Shown: positions 1 through 11,177, counted from the stretch's first letter. The stretch is DNA of 64,000 bases from an uncultured delta proteobacterium (GCA_963727625.1 CAVSHR010000005.1:864001-928000); one strand, 5' to 3'. Program-made: numbers and translations. Notes: generated from the sequence alone by a model not told the origin.

Positions 1-1783
1 AGCGGTGCCGATCGGATTTCCTCTGGAGGATATGGAGATTCAGATTCTCGACGACGAGGAACGGGAAGTTGAGGGCGAGCGCTCCGGTGAGATTGTCGTC
101 AAAAGCCGTTATCTCGCGTTGGGCTACTGGGGACAGCCCAAACTTACGGATGCGAAATTCAAGCCCGATCCTCAAGATCCGGCCAAGCGTCTTTATTTCA
201 CAGGCGATTTAGGTTTGATCCTTGCCGATGGATGTTTAGTTTACCAAGGGCGCAAAGATTTTCGCATTAAAATTCGCGGATACGGAGTCGACCTGGTAGA
301 AGTCGAAAAAGCGCTTTTATCGAATTCCAGCATTAACGAAGCTGTGGTGTTGGCAAGAACCGGAGACGACGGGTCGACCAGTTTGACCGCCTATTACACT
401 TCCGATCAACCTCAAGCGTTATCCGCGCTCCGCAGTCACTTAAAAACTCGACTCTCCGACTACATGATCCCTTCAGCTTTTATGAGAGTCGAAAAGTTCC
501 CGCTAGCGTCGAACGGGAAGGTGGACCGCAAGGCGTTGGCAAAGCCGGACAAGAAGCGGCCTGAATTGGGGACAGCCTATGTTGAGCCCAGAGATGATAT
601 AGAGAAACGAATGGTCGGTGCATGGGAGGAAGTGCTGGATATACGGCCGATTGGGATCGATGACAATTTCTTCGACCTGGGGGGCCATTCCTTGCTGGCG
701 GCACGGTTGTTTACGCGCCTGGACGATGAGTTTCGGCGGTTATTACCGCTCAGTTTCTTGGTCGGGTCGCCCACCGTGCGGTTGTTGACGGAGCAATTCC
801 GCAGCAAGAGCGAGGCAAATAGAGTTTCTGCATTGGTGCCGTTTGTCGAAACGGGCAGTTATCCGACGATATTTGCAGTACCCGGGGTCTATGGAAACGT
901 CGTGGGGTTGAACGATCTTTGTCGAGAGTTGGGAGTGGAACAGCCATTCTACGGCTTACAATCGATCGGGCTCGACGGGCTGGAGCGTCCGATCGAAAAT
1001 ATCGAGGAGATGGCCAGACGATTTATTAGCGAAGTGCGCACAGTCCAAGCCATTGGCCCTTACAACCTCATCGGTGCCTGTTTCGGCTCGACGGTGGCTT
1101 GGGAGATGGTCTCCCAACTCATGGAGGCGGGTGAAGAGATAAGTTTTTTGGGATTGCTGGACCCGATTCGAATGGTAAAAGCTCAGGAAGGGTTTGGTTC
1201 CGCGAGGGAAGTACCCGCAGCGGTTGGGAGTCCTTCAAGTAAAAGTTTTGTGGCCAGCCGTTTGAAGCTGTATCTTGACGAGATGCGGGACTTAAACAAT
1301 TATGATAGGGCGAGGTTCGTTGCGACCAAAATTATTTTTTTGGGCCGCAAAATGGGAAACAGAAAAGCGTTTCGCGGGGTCCGACGCGAGATGCATCAGC
1401 TGGCGGTGTTTAATGCCAGCCGAGCGGCCGGTGCGCGGTATCGTCCGAAACACTTAACAGGTCGTCGGTTGGGAGCGTTGGAGGTGTTTGTCTCGGGTCA
1501 TCCGCGCAAAGCATATATCGAAGCCTTGAATTGGAAAGAGTTGTGGGCAGGCAAAACCGCATTGCATCACATGCCGGGTAGAGACTCGGGCGATATGTTG
1601 AGCGGCGAGAATGCGAAAGTGCTGGGCGCGTTGTTACGGGACCGATTGCGGGCTGCGATTAACGACCATCCATCAAACGCTCCCGACCATTCAGCTTTCG
1701 CCGCAAACGCTGGGAGTATGGTTGCCAGTCACGATCACACGCGCTGGCAGCCAATTCCACGGCGGCGATCAACGTCAAACTGA
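1..1783 (+). CDS. NRPS terminal module, 5'-partial (adenylation C-terminal part, PCP, thioesterase)
   Basis: A-domain motifs YFTGDL, GRKDFRIKIRG and NGKVDR; PCP motif FFDLGGHSL; TE-like alpha/beta hydrolase with GACFG at the nucleophile elbow. Confidence 0.93.
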   Translation, partial: AVPIGFPLEDMEIQILDDEEREVEGERSGEIVVKSRYLALGYWGQPKLTDAKFKPDPQDPAKRLYFTGDLGLILADGCLVYQGRKDFRIKIRGYGVDLVEVEKALLSNSSINEAVVLARTGDDGSTSLTAYYTSDQPQALSALRSHLKTRLSDYMIPSAFMRVEKFPLASNGKVDRKALAKPDKKRPELGTAYVEPRDDIEKRMVGAWEEVLDIRPIGIDDNFFDLGGHSLLAARLFTRLDDEFRRLLPLSFLVGSPTVRLLTEQFRSKSEANRVSALVPFVETGSYPTIFAVPGVYGNVVGLNDLCRELGVEQPFYGLQSIGLDGLERPIENIEEMARRFISEVRTVQAIGPYNLIGACFGSTVAWEMVSQLMEAGEEISFLGLLDPIRMVKAQEGFGSAREVPAAVGSPSSKSFVASRLKLYLDEMRDLNNYDRARFVATKIIFLGRKMGNRKAFRGVRREMHQLAVFNASRAAGARYRPKHLTGRRLGALEVFVSGHPRKAYIEALNWKELWAGKTALHHMPGRDSGDMLSGENAKVLGALLRDRLRAAINDHPSNAPDHSAFAANAGSMVASHDHTRWQPIPRRRSTSN

Positions 1784-1894
1784 CAGCGCTCATCACCCCG
1801 GAGGAAATGGACCAGGCCACGAAAAAGAGCCAAGGCCGTCATCCGCCTGTCGCTTGAGACAACGGACCGCTTTGTCAGCCCAGGAGATACCGCT

Positions 1895-2897
1895 GTGGAA
1901 AATTCGACTCTACGGCCTGTGACCATCAATAGGCTGCGACATGGTGCCGACGCGGCCTTCGCCATGCTGGCGGGCATGCAGCTCGATGTCTTCACGCCGA
2001 TGAAGGACGGGCCGATGACCGCCGAGCAGATCGCCAACGCCATCCGCGTCAAGGCAGATCGATTGCGCCTGCTGCTGTGGTCGCTCGTTTCCGCGGGACT
2101 GTTAACGGAAAAAGACGGACGGTTCTCGAACACTCCCGAAGCGAATCACTTCCTGGTAAAAGGCATCTCCTCGTACATGGGCAACATGCACGCGAACTAC
2201 TCCAGCGCGTGGGGCTGGAAGCTTAAAACGGCAATCCATTCGCGCCGGCGTACCACAGGCTAAAATTGATTTCTCTAATTCACCGCCGGCGGAACTGGAA
2301 GCGTTCCTTCGGAGGATCAATACGAGCACAGTCGCAGCAACCCGCTCCCTGTTGGAGCGGTACGATTTTTCGTCTCTCAATACTTTGGCGGATGTGGGCT
2401 GTGGCGGCGCCGGGCTAGCATTGACAATGACGAAAGCCTGTCCGCACATTCAAGCAACGGCTCTCGATCTCCCCCAGATTACGCCGATCGCGCAAAAGAT
2501 CGTGAACGAGGAAGGCGCATCAGACCGCGTCAAAGTCTTAACCGCGGACGTCTTAAGCGGCCCACTACCGGGTTCTTATGATACTGCAATATTGAGAGCG
2601 CTTCTCCAGGTGCTTTCCCCGCAAGGCGCACGGCTTGCGGTCAAGAATATAGCCGCGGCGATCCATCCAGGCGGTACAATTTACGTCGTGGGACAGATTC
2701 TCGATGATTCGCGTACTTCTCCCCCGGAAGCAGTGTGGTTCAATTTGAATTTCGTCAATCTGTATGACACGGGCGAGTCCTACACGGAGCAGGAACACAG
2801 AGAATGGCTCAGCGAGGCGGGATTCGTGGAGATCGAGCGCGCAAAAACTCCGCTCGCCCAAGGGCTCGGCCTCATGACCGCGCAAAAGCCGGGCTAG
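1895..2897 (+). pseudogene. SAM-dependent O-methyltransferase (dimerisation + Methyltransf_2 domains), frameshifted near 2233
   Basis: ORF 1895-2263 (wHTH dimerisation domain) and ORF 2352-2897 (DVGCGGA) are joined by the open frame SIRAGVPQAKIDF...LLERYDF if the frame is restored at ~2233. Confidence 0.85.
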
Positions 2898-2990
2898 GCC
2901 GATTAAATCTTCGACCGACGAGCGGAAAGGCGCGAACTGATCGGGCGTTCAAAAAACGAAGCGGATCAAGAAGTGGCAAGAAGCAATACG

Positions 2991-3800
2991 ATGGCCAATG
3001 AAAAAGAAATTCTTCCCTTCGTTTTCTCGGCCGGAGACAAATACGATCGCATGACCGGCGCCTGGAGCCGGCTTTTAGCGCCGCGGTTTGTCGACTTCAT
3101 GCAAATCCAGGAGGGCGAATCGGTTCTCGACGTCGGTTGCGGCACGGGAATGCTCGCTCTCGCCATCGCGGAAAAAACAAGAGCATCGAAGATCGTTGGC
3201 ATCGATTTATCCGCGGGCTTCATCGACTACGCCCGCGGCAAAAGCGGTGATTGCCGGCTTAGTTTCGAACAGGGCGACGCGCGGAATCTTCCCTACGCGA
3301 ACAACTCCTTTGATCGCTGCATGGCAATGCTGATCCTGCAGTTCGTGGCGGACAAAGTCAAAGCCATCGTTGAAATGAAACGTGTCACCAGGCCCGGCGG
3401 CGTCATTGGAATTGTACTGTGGGATACCATCAGCGGGATTAGTCCCAATCAATCTTTGTGGGATGCGGCGCTAGCCCTCGATCTTCCAGCAGACATACCA
3501 TCGGCTAGGCAGTCGGCGTCTAATTCCGCCGCAGGTTTGACAAAACTTTTGTCCGAAGCCGGCCTTGAAAACGTAACCGTCACGGACATCGTCACCGAAC
3601 GGCGCTTCTCATCTTTCGATGAATACTGGATCCCTTTGGCCACAGGCGAGGGCGTTCCCGGAAAATTCCTAGCTTCGCTATCTCCCGAACAGAAAACGGC
3701 AGTTAAAGAGCAACTGCGTAAAACTCTCTTGGGCGATCGCACCGACGGATCGTTCTCCATTAAAGCCAGAGCCGGGGCCGCGCGCGGCATCGTCCCGTAA
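2991..3800 (+). CDS. Class I SAM-dependent methyltransferase (UbiE-like)
   Basis: VLDVGCGTG, GIDLS, GDARNLPY and RVTRPGG motifs. Confidence 0.92.
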   Translation: MANEKEILPFVFSAGDKYDRMTGAWSRLLAPRFVDFMQIQEGESVLDVGCGTGMLALAIAEKTRASKIVGIDLSAGFIDYARGKSGDCRLSFEQGDARNLPYANNSFDRCMAMLILQFVADKVKAIVEMKRVTRPGGVIGIVLWDTISGISPNQSLWDAALALDLPADIPSARQSASNSAAGLTKLLSEAGLENVTVTDIVTERRFSSFDEYWIPLATGEGVPGKFLASLSPEQKTAVKEQLRKTLLGDRTDGSFSIKARAGAARGIVP

Positions 3801-3834
3801 AGTAATTCAAAATGCCTATTCTGAGGAGGCCAGT

Positions 3835-4782
3835 ATGGCGGAGCAAACACTGAAGCCGGTCGATCACGTCGAAGTCTTGTGCATCATGGACAATTCTATA
3901 GATGTTCTTATGGCCAGCACCCCAATCGCGCAACGCGCGCCTTTGTTGCGCGACAAGTTTTCCCGCCCCGAACTGCGCGCCGAGCACGGGGTGTCGATGC
4001 TCATAACGATTGACTCCGAGGGAAGCAAGGACTCTTTTCTCTTCGACGCGGGAACCTCGGTCGACGGAGTGTTACATAATTTTGACGTTTTGGAAGTTCG
4101 ACCGAATGACATTCATTCAGTCGTCCTCAGCCATGGCCACACCGATCACACTCTCGGCCTCATTGGGATCCTAAAACGTCACGGCCGAGCCGGAATGCCG
4201 ATCATTCTCCATCCAGACGCGTTTCTCAATCGCAAAGCGGTTTTGCCTGATGATCATGAGATCGATCTTCCGCCGCCCAAACGCAGCGACATCGAGGCCG
4301 AGGGAATAAAAGTGATCGAGGAACGAGCCCCTACATTCCTGGTGGATGAGAAAGTTCTTGTTACCGGACAAATCCCGCGGCTCACATCCTTCGAGAAAGG
4401 ATTTCCTCCTAATCGTGCCGAGATCGACGGTGTCTGGCAACCGGATCCTTGGATTCACGACGATCAGGCGATGGTCATCAACGTCAAGAACAAAGGCCTC
4501 GTCGTCCTTACCGGCTGCGGACACGCGGGGCTGATCAACACGCTGCAGCACGCAAGGAAACTGACCGGGGTTAACAAGATTTACTCAGTGATGGGCGGTT
4601 TCCATCTCACTGGCAAACTCTTCGAACCGATAATCCCCCCGACCATTCAAGCGCTCAAGGAGTTCAGTCCCGAGGTGATCGTCCCTCAACACTGCACGGG
4701 TTGGCAGGCCACCCATCTGATTGCAAACGAGTTTCCGCAAGCGTTTGTTCCCAATAGCGTAGGGACAAAGTTTGTCCTTTGA
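3835..4782 (+). CDS. Metallo-beta-lactamase-fold hydrolase
   Basis: AEHG, LFDAG, SHGHTDH, TGCGHAG, GGFHL and HCTG motifs; GAGGAGG RBS. Confidence 0.92.
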   Translation: MAEQTLKPVDHVEVLCIMDNSIDVLMASTPIAQRAPLLRDKFSRPELRAEHGVSMLITIDSEGSKDSFLFDAGTSVDGVLHNFDVLEVRPNDIHSVVLSHGHTDHTLGLIGILKRHGRAGMPIILHPDAFLNRKAVLPDDHEIDLPPPKRSDIEAEGIKVIEERAPTFLVDEKVLVTGQIPRLTSFEKGFPPNRAEIDGVWQPDPWIHDDQAMVINVKNKGLVVLTGCGHAGLINTLQHARKLTGVNKIYSVMGGFHLTGKLFEPIIPPTIQALKEFSPEVIVPQHCTGWQATHLIANEFPQAFVPNSVGTKFVL

Positions 4783-4933
4783 TCACTCGGAGGGTGGACT
4801 GTTCTTTGAGATGGCTATTCAGCGAACGTCCGGCGGAGTCCCGTCAGGCCCGAGACCGTTGGCGCTCCGGGAAGCCATTCCCGTGATTGGCAATCTCAAA
4901 CGCCGACTAAAAAACGAAAGGAGCGATCTCATT

Positions 4934-5320
4934 ATGGCGACTGCAAACATTAAAGCTTCCATTGAAGCGGCAAATAAACATTGGATGAACGCGTTCAAGA
5001 ATGCCGATGCAGCGACTATCGCCAGCCTTTACACGGCACAGGCTCAACTGCTCCCGGCCAATAGCGACGTCGTCCAAGGTACCGACGCCATCCGCGATTT
5101 CTGGCAATCCGTAATGAACATGGGAATCAAGGAGGCGGTCTTAGAAACGATTGAAGCGGAAGACCTCGGAGCTACCTCCATCGAAGGCGGCCGGTACAGG
5201 TTACTTGTCGCTAATGGCTCCGTTGCAGATATGGGCAAATATATCGTCATCTGGAAAACAGACGGCGGCGCTTGGAAGCTTCATCGAGACATCTGGACGA
5301 CTAGCCAGCCGTCCAAGTAG
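4934..5320 (+). CDS. SnoaL/NTF2-like (DUF4440/YybH) protein
   Basis: GKYIVIWK...WKLHRDIW C-terminus typical of the family; AAGGAG RBS before the ATG at 4934. Confidence 0.85.
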   Translation: MATANIKASIEAANKHWMNAFKNADAATIASLYTAQAQLLPANSDVVQGTDAIRDFWQSVMNMGIKEAVLETIEAEDLGATSIEGGRYRLLVANGSVADMGKYIVIWKTDGGAWKLHRDIWTTSQPSK

Positions 5321-5418
5321 CTTCCGGAAAACATTCACTTGTAGAAACAAACCGGGATAACGACGCAAGGAGTAATGAAGGAGAAACTGGCGTGCCGTAA
5401 TCTGCGTACAGCAAGGAG

Positions 5419-6431
5419 GTGGAAATCATGGCCATCGAAGATCAAACACTGGGGCAATCCATGATCCGCCTGTTCATGGGCTACATTCCCACCCGGGTGA
5501 TCTACGCCGCAGCCAAGCTGGAACTCGTCGACCACATCGGTAAAGATGGAGCGAGCGCGCAAGACCTCGCGCAAAGACTTAACGTCGATACCGCAGCTTT
5601 GTATCGCGTCATGCGCGTGCTCGCCGGCCTTGGGTACTGCACCAAGACGACAATGACCGATTCTTCGTGACGCCGTTCGGCGAAACCTTGAGCAAGGACT
5701 CTCCCCAATCTGTGCACGACTACGCCATCTACAATCACGAAATCGTCTACGACAGCTTTAAGGAGATCGCAGACAGCGTCCGCAGCGGCAAACCCGTGAT
5801 CGACGACTTTTTCAGCTTTCTGCGGGCCGATCCGGATAAGGAAGCTGTCTTTCACGCCGGCATGAGCAATCGCGGAAGCGTCGAAACCGCGGCTGTCCTC
5901 GATGCGTACAAATTTCCGGACAGCAAAACCGTAGTGGATGTCGGCGGTGGCAACGGCGGATTCTTGTCTGCGACTCTAGCGGGCAACGCTCATCTCTCAG
6001 CGATTTTGTTTGACCAGCCCTCCGCGATAGAAGCGGCAAAGGCGGGGCGGGGCGGGCCCCTGCCCCGTTGCAACCTCGTCGCGGGAGATTTTTTTGACAC
6101 CGTCCCGTCCGGCGGCGACACTTACGTTTTGAAGCGCGTGCTTTTTGACTGGACCGACGAAGAAGCAGTCAAAATTCTAACGAATTGCCGGCGCGCGATG
6201 AACAACGAAGCGCACTTGCTTATCATCGAGCCGTTGATCGGAAAACCCAATCAGCCATCGCCGGCGCATCTCTATGACATGACGTTTCTCGTTATGTTGC
6301 ACGGCCGGCTTAGGACCGCCGATGAATACGCGGCCCTGCTCGGTCAAGCGGGATTCCGCACGGCAAGAATTATACCGACAGACTCTGAAGTATCCGTAGT
6401 GGAAGCGTCAGCAGCGCAGCAGCGAGAGTAG
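5419..6431 (+). pseudogene. O-methyltransferase (Methyltransf_2), frameshift in a G run near 5633
   Basis: Adding one G gives GLGVLHQDDNDRFFVTP, joining ORFs 5419-5670 and 5667-6431; VVDVGGGNG, GDFF and LKRVLFDW motifs. Confidence 0.87.
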
Positions 6432-6844
6432 ATCGAAAGGGAGCTTAATCGGTAGCCCCCTTCCTCAGGCAATTTGCGTGATTAGCCGGGACAGGAGCGA
6501 AAGCACCTGAGAGCGCGCCTACTTGGCTCTTGCGCTGTGAGGACTGTTAATTGGACCGTGGTTGCCTTGTAAATTCGGCCAGTAAAAGCCAGAACATTGA
6601 AACCACGCCAGCGATGCTAACCGCTAAGAAAAGCGTAAGACCGGCACCATAGAGAAACGACGACGGTGCTAACGGCCAACCGACCAAGTTGGCCAAGAGA
6701 AAGAAGCAGCAAGGGTGCTCATGCCAAACACGCACCAGAGCGCCCAAGGTGCCAGGGGCGGATGGCCAAGCCGAGTCAATTGAAAATTTATCATTGGTAT
6801 AGAGACGAGGAATGCGGACATGACTACAAAGGCAGTGCCACTGG

Positions 6845-7650
6845 CGATTTGCCAGAGTGGTAACCAACTTTGAATACAAACTCTATTCGGTGGGTCCGGA
6901 GGTGACGGCCGGCGGGATCGCCTAGCGCGCTGAGTCCGCTGCTGAGGTCCTCGGAATGTTCAGCGCCATCATGGAGAAAGCACCCCCAGAATTGGTTTGC
7001 GTGCCGGCCCTCCGCATCGCCCCGCCCGCGCCGTGGTTGGCCAAAGCGGTTCACGGCAAACCCGTCATTGCACTTTTCATCTGTCACACGGGGCCGTCAG
7101 CCGAAGGCGAAAAACTCGTCGCTCAGATCAAAGCCTTCGGCCAGCCGGTTGGCGACATTATCCAGCGACGCCCCTATATTTCCCAGCAAAGCCTGCTCGA
7201 TGCCACCCAGCCCAAGGGACGGCGCTACTACTGGAAGTCGGAATACCTGCCCAGGGTCGAGCCGGATCTCATTGCAACTCTCATTAAACACGCCGAAAAA
7301 TCGCCTCGCCCCACTCGGCGATCCTACTTTTTCCACTCTATCGCGCGCTCAACCGGCTGCCCGAGGATCACTCGGCCGTGGGCAACCGGGATTCCGCCTG
7401 GGTTCTGAACATCACCGCGTCCTGGGAAAATGCTGAAGACGACAAGACCAACATCGGGTGGGCGCGTGCAGCGTGGGAAGACATGCGCAGATATTCAACG
7501 GGAGGAACGTATATAAACTTTCTGACCGAGGAGGAGGCCGATAACCGTATCCGCGCCGCTTACAGGAAAAACTATGACCGGCTCGTCGAAACAAAATGGG
7601 ATCCGGAGAACTTGTTTCGACTAAACAAAAACGTCGCACCAGCTAGTTAG
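6845..7650 (+). pseudogene. FAD-binding oxidoreductase (berberine-bridge-enzyme-like), C-terminal remnant
   Basis: VVTNFEYKLYSVGPEV followed by an in-frame TAG at ~6923; frameshift in an A run near 7300; C-terminal YINF...KWDPENLFRLNKN; N-terminal FAD domain absent. Confidence 0.85.
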
Positions 7651-7758
7651 CGCGCTTGCCAAACATTTGAACGGGAGCGCAGCGACCCTCCACCCTTCAC
7701 TCTTGACGCTCGGCCGTTCATTCACGTAACGTCGGCGCTGCAACTTTTCCGCGCCGCC

Positions 7759-9048
7759 ATGAGCGTCAAAGCCTTTTCCAATTTTTACTCGCGCATTTTC
7801 TACGGTTGGCGCATGGTCGGACTGGTTTCGCTCATTCGCGTGGTCGGCGGCGGGCTGCATCAGTTCGGCTTCACGGTTTTCTTTCTGCCCATCAGCCAAG
7901 ATCTCAATATAAGCCGCGCGGCGACTTCGCTGGCGTTTTCGCTGTCGCGCGCTCAGGGCGCCGTGATAGCGCCGCTGGTCGGATATTTCATCGATCGCCA
8001 TGGCCCGCGGCCGATTCTCGTCACCGCGGTTTTTCTTGCGGGTATCGGTTACATCCTGCTGTCCTGGGTCAACAACTATACCAACTTCATGATTGTCTAT
8101 CTCGGCGTGATCTGCCTCGCGTTCATTGCCGGCTTCGTCCACTCCCCGATGGTCGTGGCCAACAGCTGGTTCATTCGCAGCCGCGCGCGGGCCATGACGC
8201 TCGTGAGCGCCGCCGTGCCCATCGGCGGGGCATTGATTTCGCCTGTGCTGGCACTTGGCGTCGCTTCCATCGGCTGGCGCTGGGCTGCGTTTGCCTCGGG
8301 CTGCATATTTCTCGTGGTTTGCCTGCCTTTGAGCTTTCAATTAAAGCGCTCGCCGGAAAGCATGGGACTATTGCCGGACGGTGACGTTGTGCCGTCGGAT
8401 GCCGGAGTCCGTCCGCCGCCCGACGCGCCATCCACCGACTCCAATGAAAATTTTACCAGCGGACAAGCGATGAAAACCGCCGCCTTCTGGTTGCTGGTCG
8501 TTGCCATGACCTTGCGGGTCACCTGCTATAGCGCGGCCATAGTTCATTTTATTCCCTTCATGGTCTGGAAAGGATTGTCGGAAGGCGCCGCCGCATCGCT
8601 GCTCGGCGCTTTTGCATTCATCAATCTACTTTCGCATTTCGTGCTCGGCTGGATCGCCGACCGGGTGAACAAACCCAAGCTTTTGGCCACCTGCCATCTC
8701 TTGCCCGCGCTCTCTTTGCCGCCGCTCTTGTTCGGCTTTGGTTATTGGCAACTTTGGTTTTTTACCGCCGCGTTCACGCTTTTGGATGCTTCATTCCCGA
8801 TTGTCTGGGCCACCGTCGGAGATTTTTTCGGCCGGCGCAATTTCGCCACGATCCGAGGAACGATGAGTTTCTTCTACAGTTGGGGCAGCTTCGTCGGGCC
8901 GGTGATGGCCGGAGTCGTTTACGACCGGACCGAGAGTTACTCGCTGGTGTTATGGATCTTCCTAGGACTGCTCACGGTCGCGACGCTGCTGGTTGTGTGT
9001 TTGATTCAGCCTTGGACAAGGCGTATGGCCGCGCTGAAGCCTGCGTGA
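7759..9048 (+). CDS. MFS transporter (OFA/MCT-like)
   Basis: IFYGWRMV start, GYFIDRHGPR motif A, about 12 hydrophobic segments. Confidence 0.93.
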   Translation: MSVKAFSNFYSRIFYGWRMVGLVSLIRVVGGGLHQFGFTVFFLPISQDLNISRAATSLAFSLSRAQGAVIAPLVGYFIDRHGPRPILVTAVFLAGIGYILLSWVNNYTNFMIVYLGVICLAFIAGFVHSPMVVANSWFIRSRARAMTLVSAAVPIGGALISPVLALGVASIGWRWAAFASGCIFLVVCLPLSFQLKRSPESMGLLPDGDVVPSDAGVRPPPDAPSTDSNENFTSGQAMKTAAFWLLVVAMTLRVTCYSAAIVHFIPFMVWKGLSEGAAASLLGAFAFINLLSHFVLGWIADRVNKPKLLATCHLLPALSLPPLLFGFGYWQLWFFTAAFTLLDASFPIVWATVGDFFGRRNFATIRGTMSFFYSWGSFVGPVMAGVVYDRTESYSLVLWIFLGLLTVATLLVVCLIQPWTRRMAALKPA

Positions 9049-9102
9049 TAAGTGCCGGCGATGAAAATTCGGTCGTAATGATCTCGATCGGTAGCGATAG
9101 GG

Positions 9103-9933
9103 CTAATCGTGTTCGCAGATATCGACAAACACGCCGTCAGGGCTCGAAGTCACGTGTATCGCGTGGCGGCAGGAATCGATCAATGCAACCCGTCTTTTGC
9201 CTTCGCTCGGTTCGGCGATGATGCGCTCGCGCATCTCGGGGTTGACTTCGCGCAAAGCGCCGAGCTCTTTCTTTACGGCGTCCACGCTCTCCACTTTGAA
9301 ACCGACGTGCTCCAGGCCGGGACGGTCGATGCCGGCGCCCTCGAAGTCGCTCATTTTCCACGGCGCGATAATCAGCGTCATTATACCATCGGTGAGATAA
9401 AAATTGGGATCCTCCAGCGCTTTGTCGGCTTCCCGGAGATCCAACATATCGCGGTAAAAAGCCGCGATCGCCGGCGCATTCATCACCCGCAGCTTGAGAT
9501 GGTGAATATGGCGAGGCTGTTCGCGCTGCTCACCAGCATAAACGTCTCTCCGATTCGACATACCTTCCTGAGTCAGGTCGAAGTAATTGCCTTCGGGATC
9601 GTGCGCGCCGTAGGTCGCGAACGGCCGGTTGGAGGGCCGCTTGAGCACGGCGACCTCGGGATAATTTTTCTTGATGCGCGCGATCGCCTCATCCACGTCG
9701 TCGACATCGACGCCGAAGTGATGGAGCCCCGGCAAGTAGCCGGGCTTTCTGCCGATCATGGTCACGCCGACATAGCCGTCGCTGATGCTCACGGCGTAAT
9801 TGGTGCGAATCGCCTTCTGTTCCGCCTCCGAGCCGGGTTTCGAGCGCGTCATGCCGAATACGGATTCATAAAACTTCGCCTCACGCACGAAGTTTTCGCT
9901 GACGATGGCAAAGTGTTGAATCCGGGTTAACAT
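9103..9933 (-). CDS. VOC (glyoxalase/extradiol-like) two-domain protein
   Basis: Repeated H...GLHHFG...DPEGN and H...GLEHVG...SPDG modules. Confidence 0.88.
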   Translation of the reverse strand: MLTRIQHFAIVSENFVREAKFYESVFGMTRSKPGSEAEQKAIRTNYAVSISDGYVGVTMIGRKPGYLPGLHHFGVDVDDVDEAIARIKKNYPEVAVLKRPSNRPFATYGAHDPEGNYFDLTQEGMSNRRDVYAGEQREQPRHIHHLKLRVMNAPAIAAFYRDMLDLREADKALEDPNFYLTDGIMTLIIAPWKMSDFEGAGIDRPGLEHVGFKVESVDAVKKELGALREVNPEMRERIIAEPSEGKRRVALIDSCRHAIHVTSSPDGVFVDICEHD

Positions 9934-9955
9934 AAGCCTCCCTGTGGTCGGCCTG

Positions 9956-10078
9956 GTTCAAAACGTTCCAACTGTTCAAGTTGTTCAAGCCGTTAAATTC
10001 CCCAAAACCAGTCCTTCAACCTTCGAAAACGACTTGAACGGAGGCGCAGCCGGTTGACCGGCTTGAACGGCTTGAACA
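9956..10078. repeat. Inverted cluster of GTTCAA/TTGAAC short repeats
   Basis: GTTCAA-like units on the left face TTGAAC-like units on the right. Confidence 0.7.
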
Positions 10079-10082
10079 CGCA

Positions 10083-11066
10083 TCACTTCGAAGCGACTTT
10101 TTTGAAGAATCCTTCCTTGTCGAGCTCGTCTAAGATGCTCTCATCGAGATATTTATTCATGCTCATGTCAAGTTTTGGGTTTTCTTTTGCGAGCACCTCC
10201 AGGCTGTTCTTCATTCCATTTTGAGAGACCCTTATGGGAAAGGAAAACTTCGAGGCAAAATACTGATAGGTTTCTTCCAGCGCCTTCTGGTTATCCTGTT
10301 TTAGCCGCTTTTGGTATACGGAAATTGCCTTTTGCTTGTCGTGGATGAATACGTAGGTTGCCTCAGCATAGGCCTGCAGGAACCGTTTTACCACATTCCG
10401 GTTTTCTTTTAGAAAAGGGCGGCGCACGCCCACGGCAACCATGGGATAATCACCCGATTTGAGTTCGTTCAAATTGCTCAGCTCGTTCATACCCATCCGC
10501 AGAGCCTCGCCAAGCTCCGGATGAGAAAGCACAGTGGCGTCAAGCGCCTTGGTGGATAGGGCGATGAGCCGCTGGTTGCCGCCGCCGGCTTGAATAACCG
10601 ACACCTTGTCTCGGGGGATGCCCCACTCTTTTAGCAGAAGTGTTACGGCGAGATCGTTGGCTCCGCCAAATCCCACAATGCCAATTTTTTTACCAATCAA
10701 ATCCGCCGGCTTGCGAATCTCCTTCTGCGTCACAAAACTAAACGGAAATTTGTTGAGCGACCCGCCAACCATCACCATGTCGGCGCCTCGTGCTACGGCT
10801 TGAATAAATCCCGACGCGTCGACATGGGCGAACTGCAAGCTGCCGGAGATCAAGCCCTGAACCTGGCGGCTCGTTCCCCGTAGCAGCACCGTATCTCCGT
10901 CAAGGCCGTACTTTTTGAGAAATCCCAGATCGTCAACCGCCCACATGGGAGCCTGGAATCCTGCAAACCCGGCGTATCCCAGCATGTATTTTTCCTGGGC
11001 GACGGAGATTTTTGGTAAAACCAGCAGTGACAGCGCGAATAACAGTATCCCGCTTAAAAATTTCAT
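10083..11066 (-). CDS. ABC substrate-binding protein (NMT1/THI5/SsuA-like)
   Basis: Signal peptide; DLIGKKIG motif; C-terminal LDELDKEGFF. Confidence 0.9.
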   Translation of the reverse strand: MKFLSGILLFALSLLVLPKISVAQEKYMLGYAGFAGFQAPMWAVDDLGFLKKYGLDGDTVLLRGTSRQVQGLISGSLQFAHVDASGFIQAVARGADMVMVGGSLNKFPFSFVTQKEIRKPADLIGKKIGIVGFGGANDLAVTLLLKEWGIPRDKVSVIQAGGGNQRLIALSTKALDATVLSHPELGEALRMGMNELSNLNELKSGDYPMVAVGVRRPFLKENRNVVKRFLQAYAEATYVFIHDKQKAISVYQKRLKQDNQKALEETYQYFASKFSFPIRVSQNGMKNSLEVLAKENPKLDMSMNKYLDESILDELDKEGFFKKVASK

Positions 11067-11177
11067 ACGTTCTCCCTTCGTTTTGGTTCCGACTCACAAC
11101 GACCTTGCCGCTGAAAAGTATTGTAGAGCTATGCCATCCTAAGTCTACACACCGGCAGCGATGCTGCCGGGCACCTA

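Noticed and set aside
6547-6879. 110-aa minus-strand hydrophobic ORF
   Set aside because: No recognisable motif, and it overlaps the FAD oxidase remnant. It may be a fragment but cannot be supported.
9109-9930. Long antisense ORFs here and at 14592-15260, 31026-32153, 44630-46531 and 48243-49142
   Set aside because: Shadow frames of well-supported genes in GC-rich DNA.
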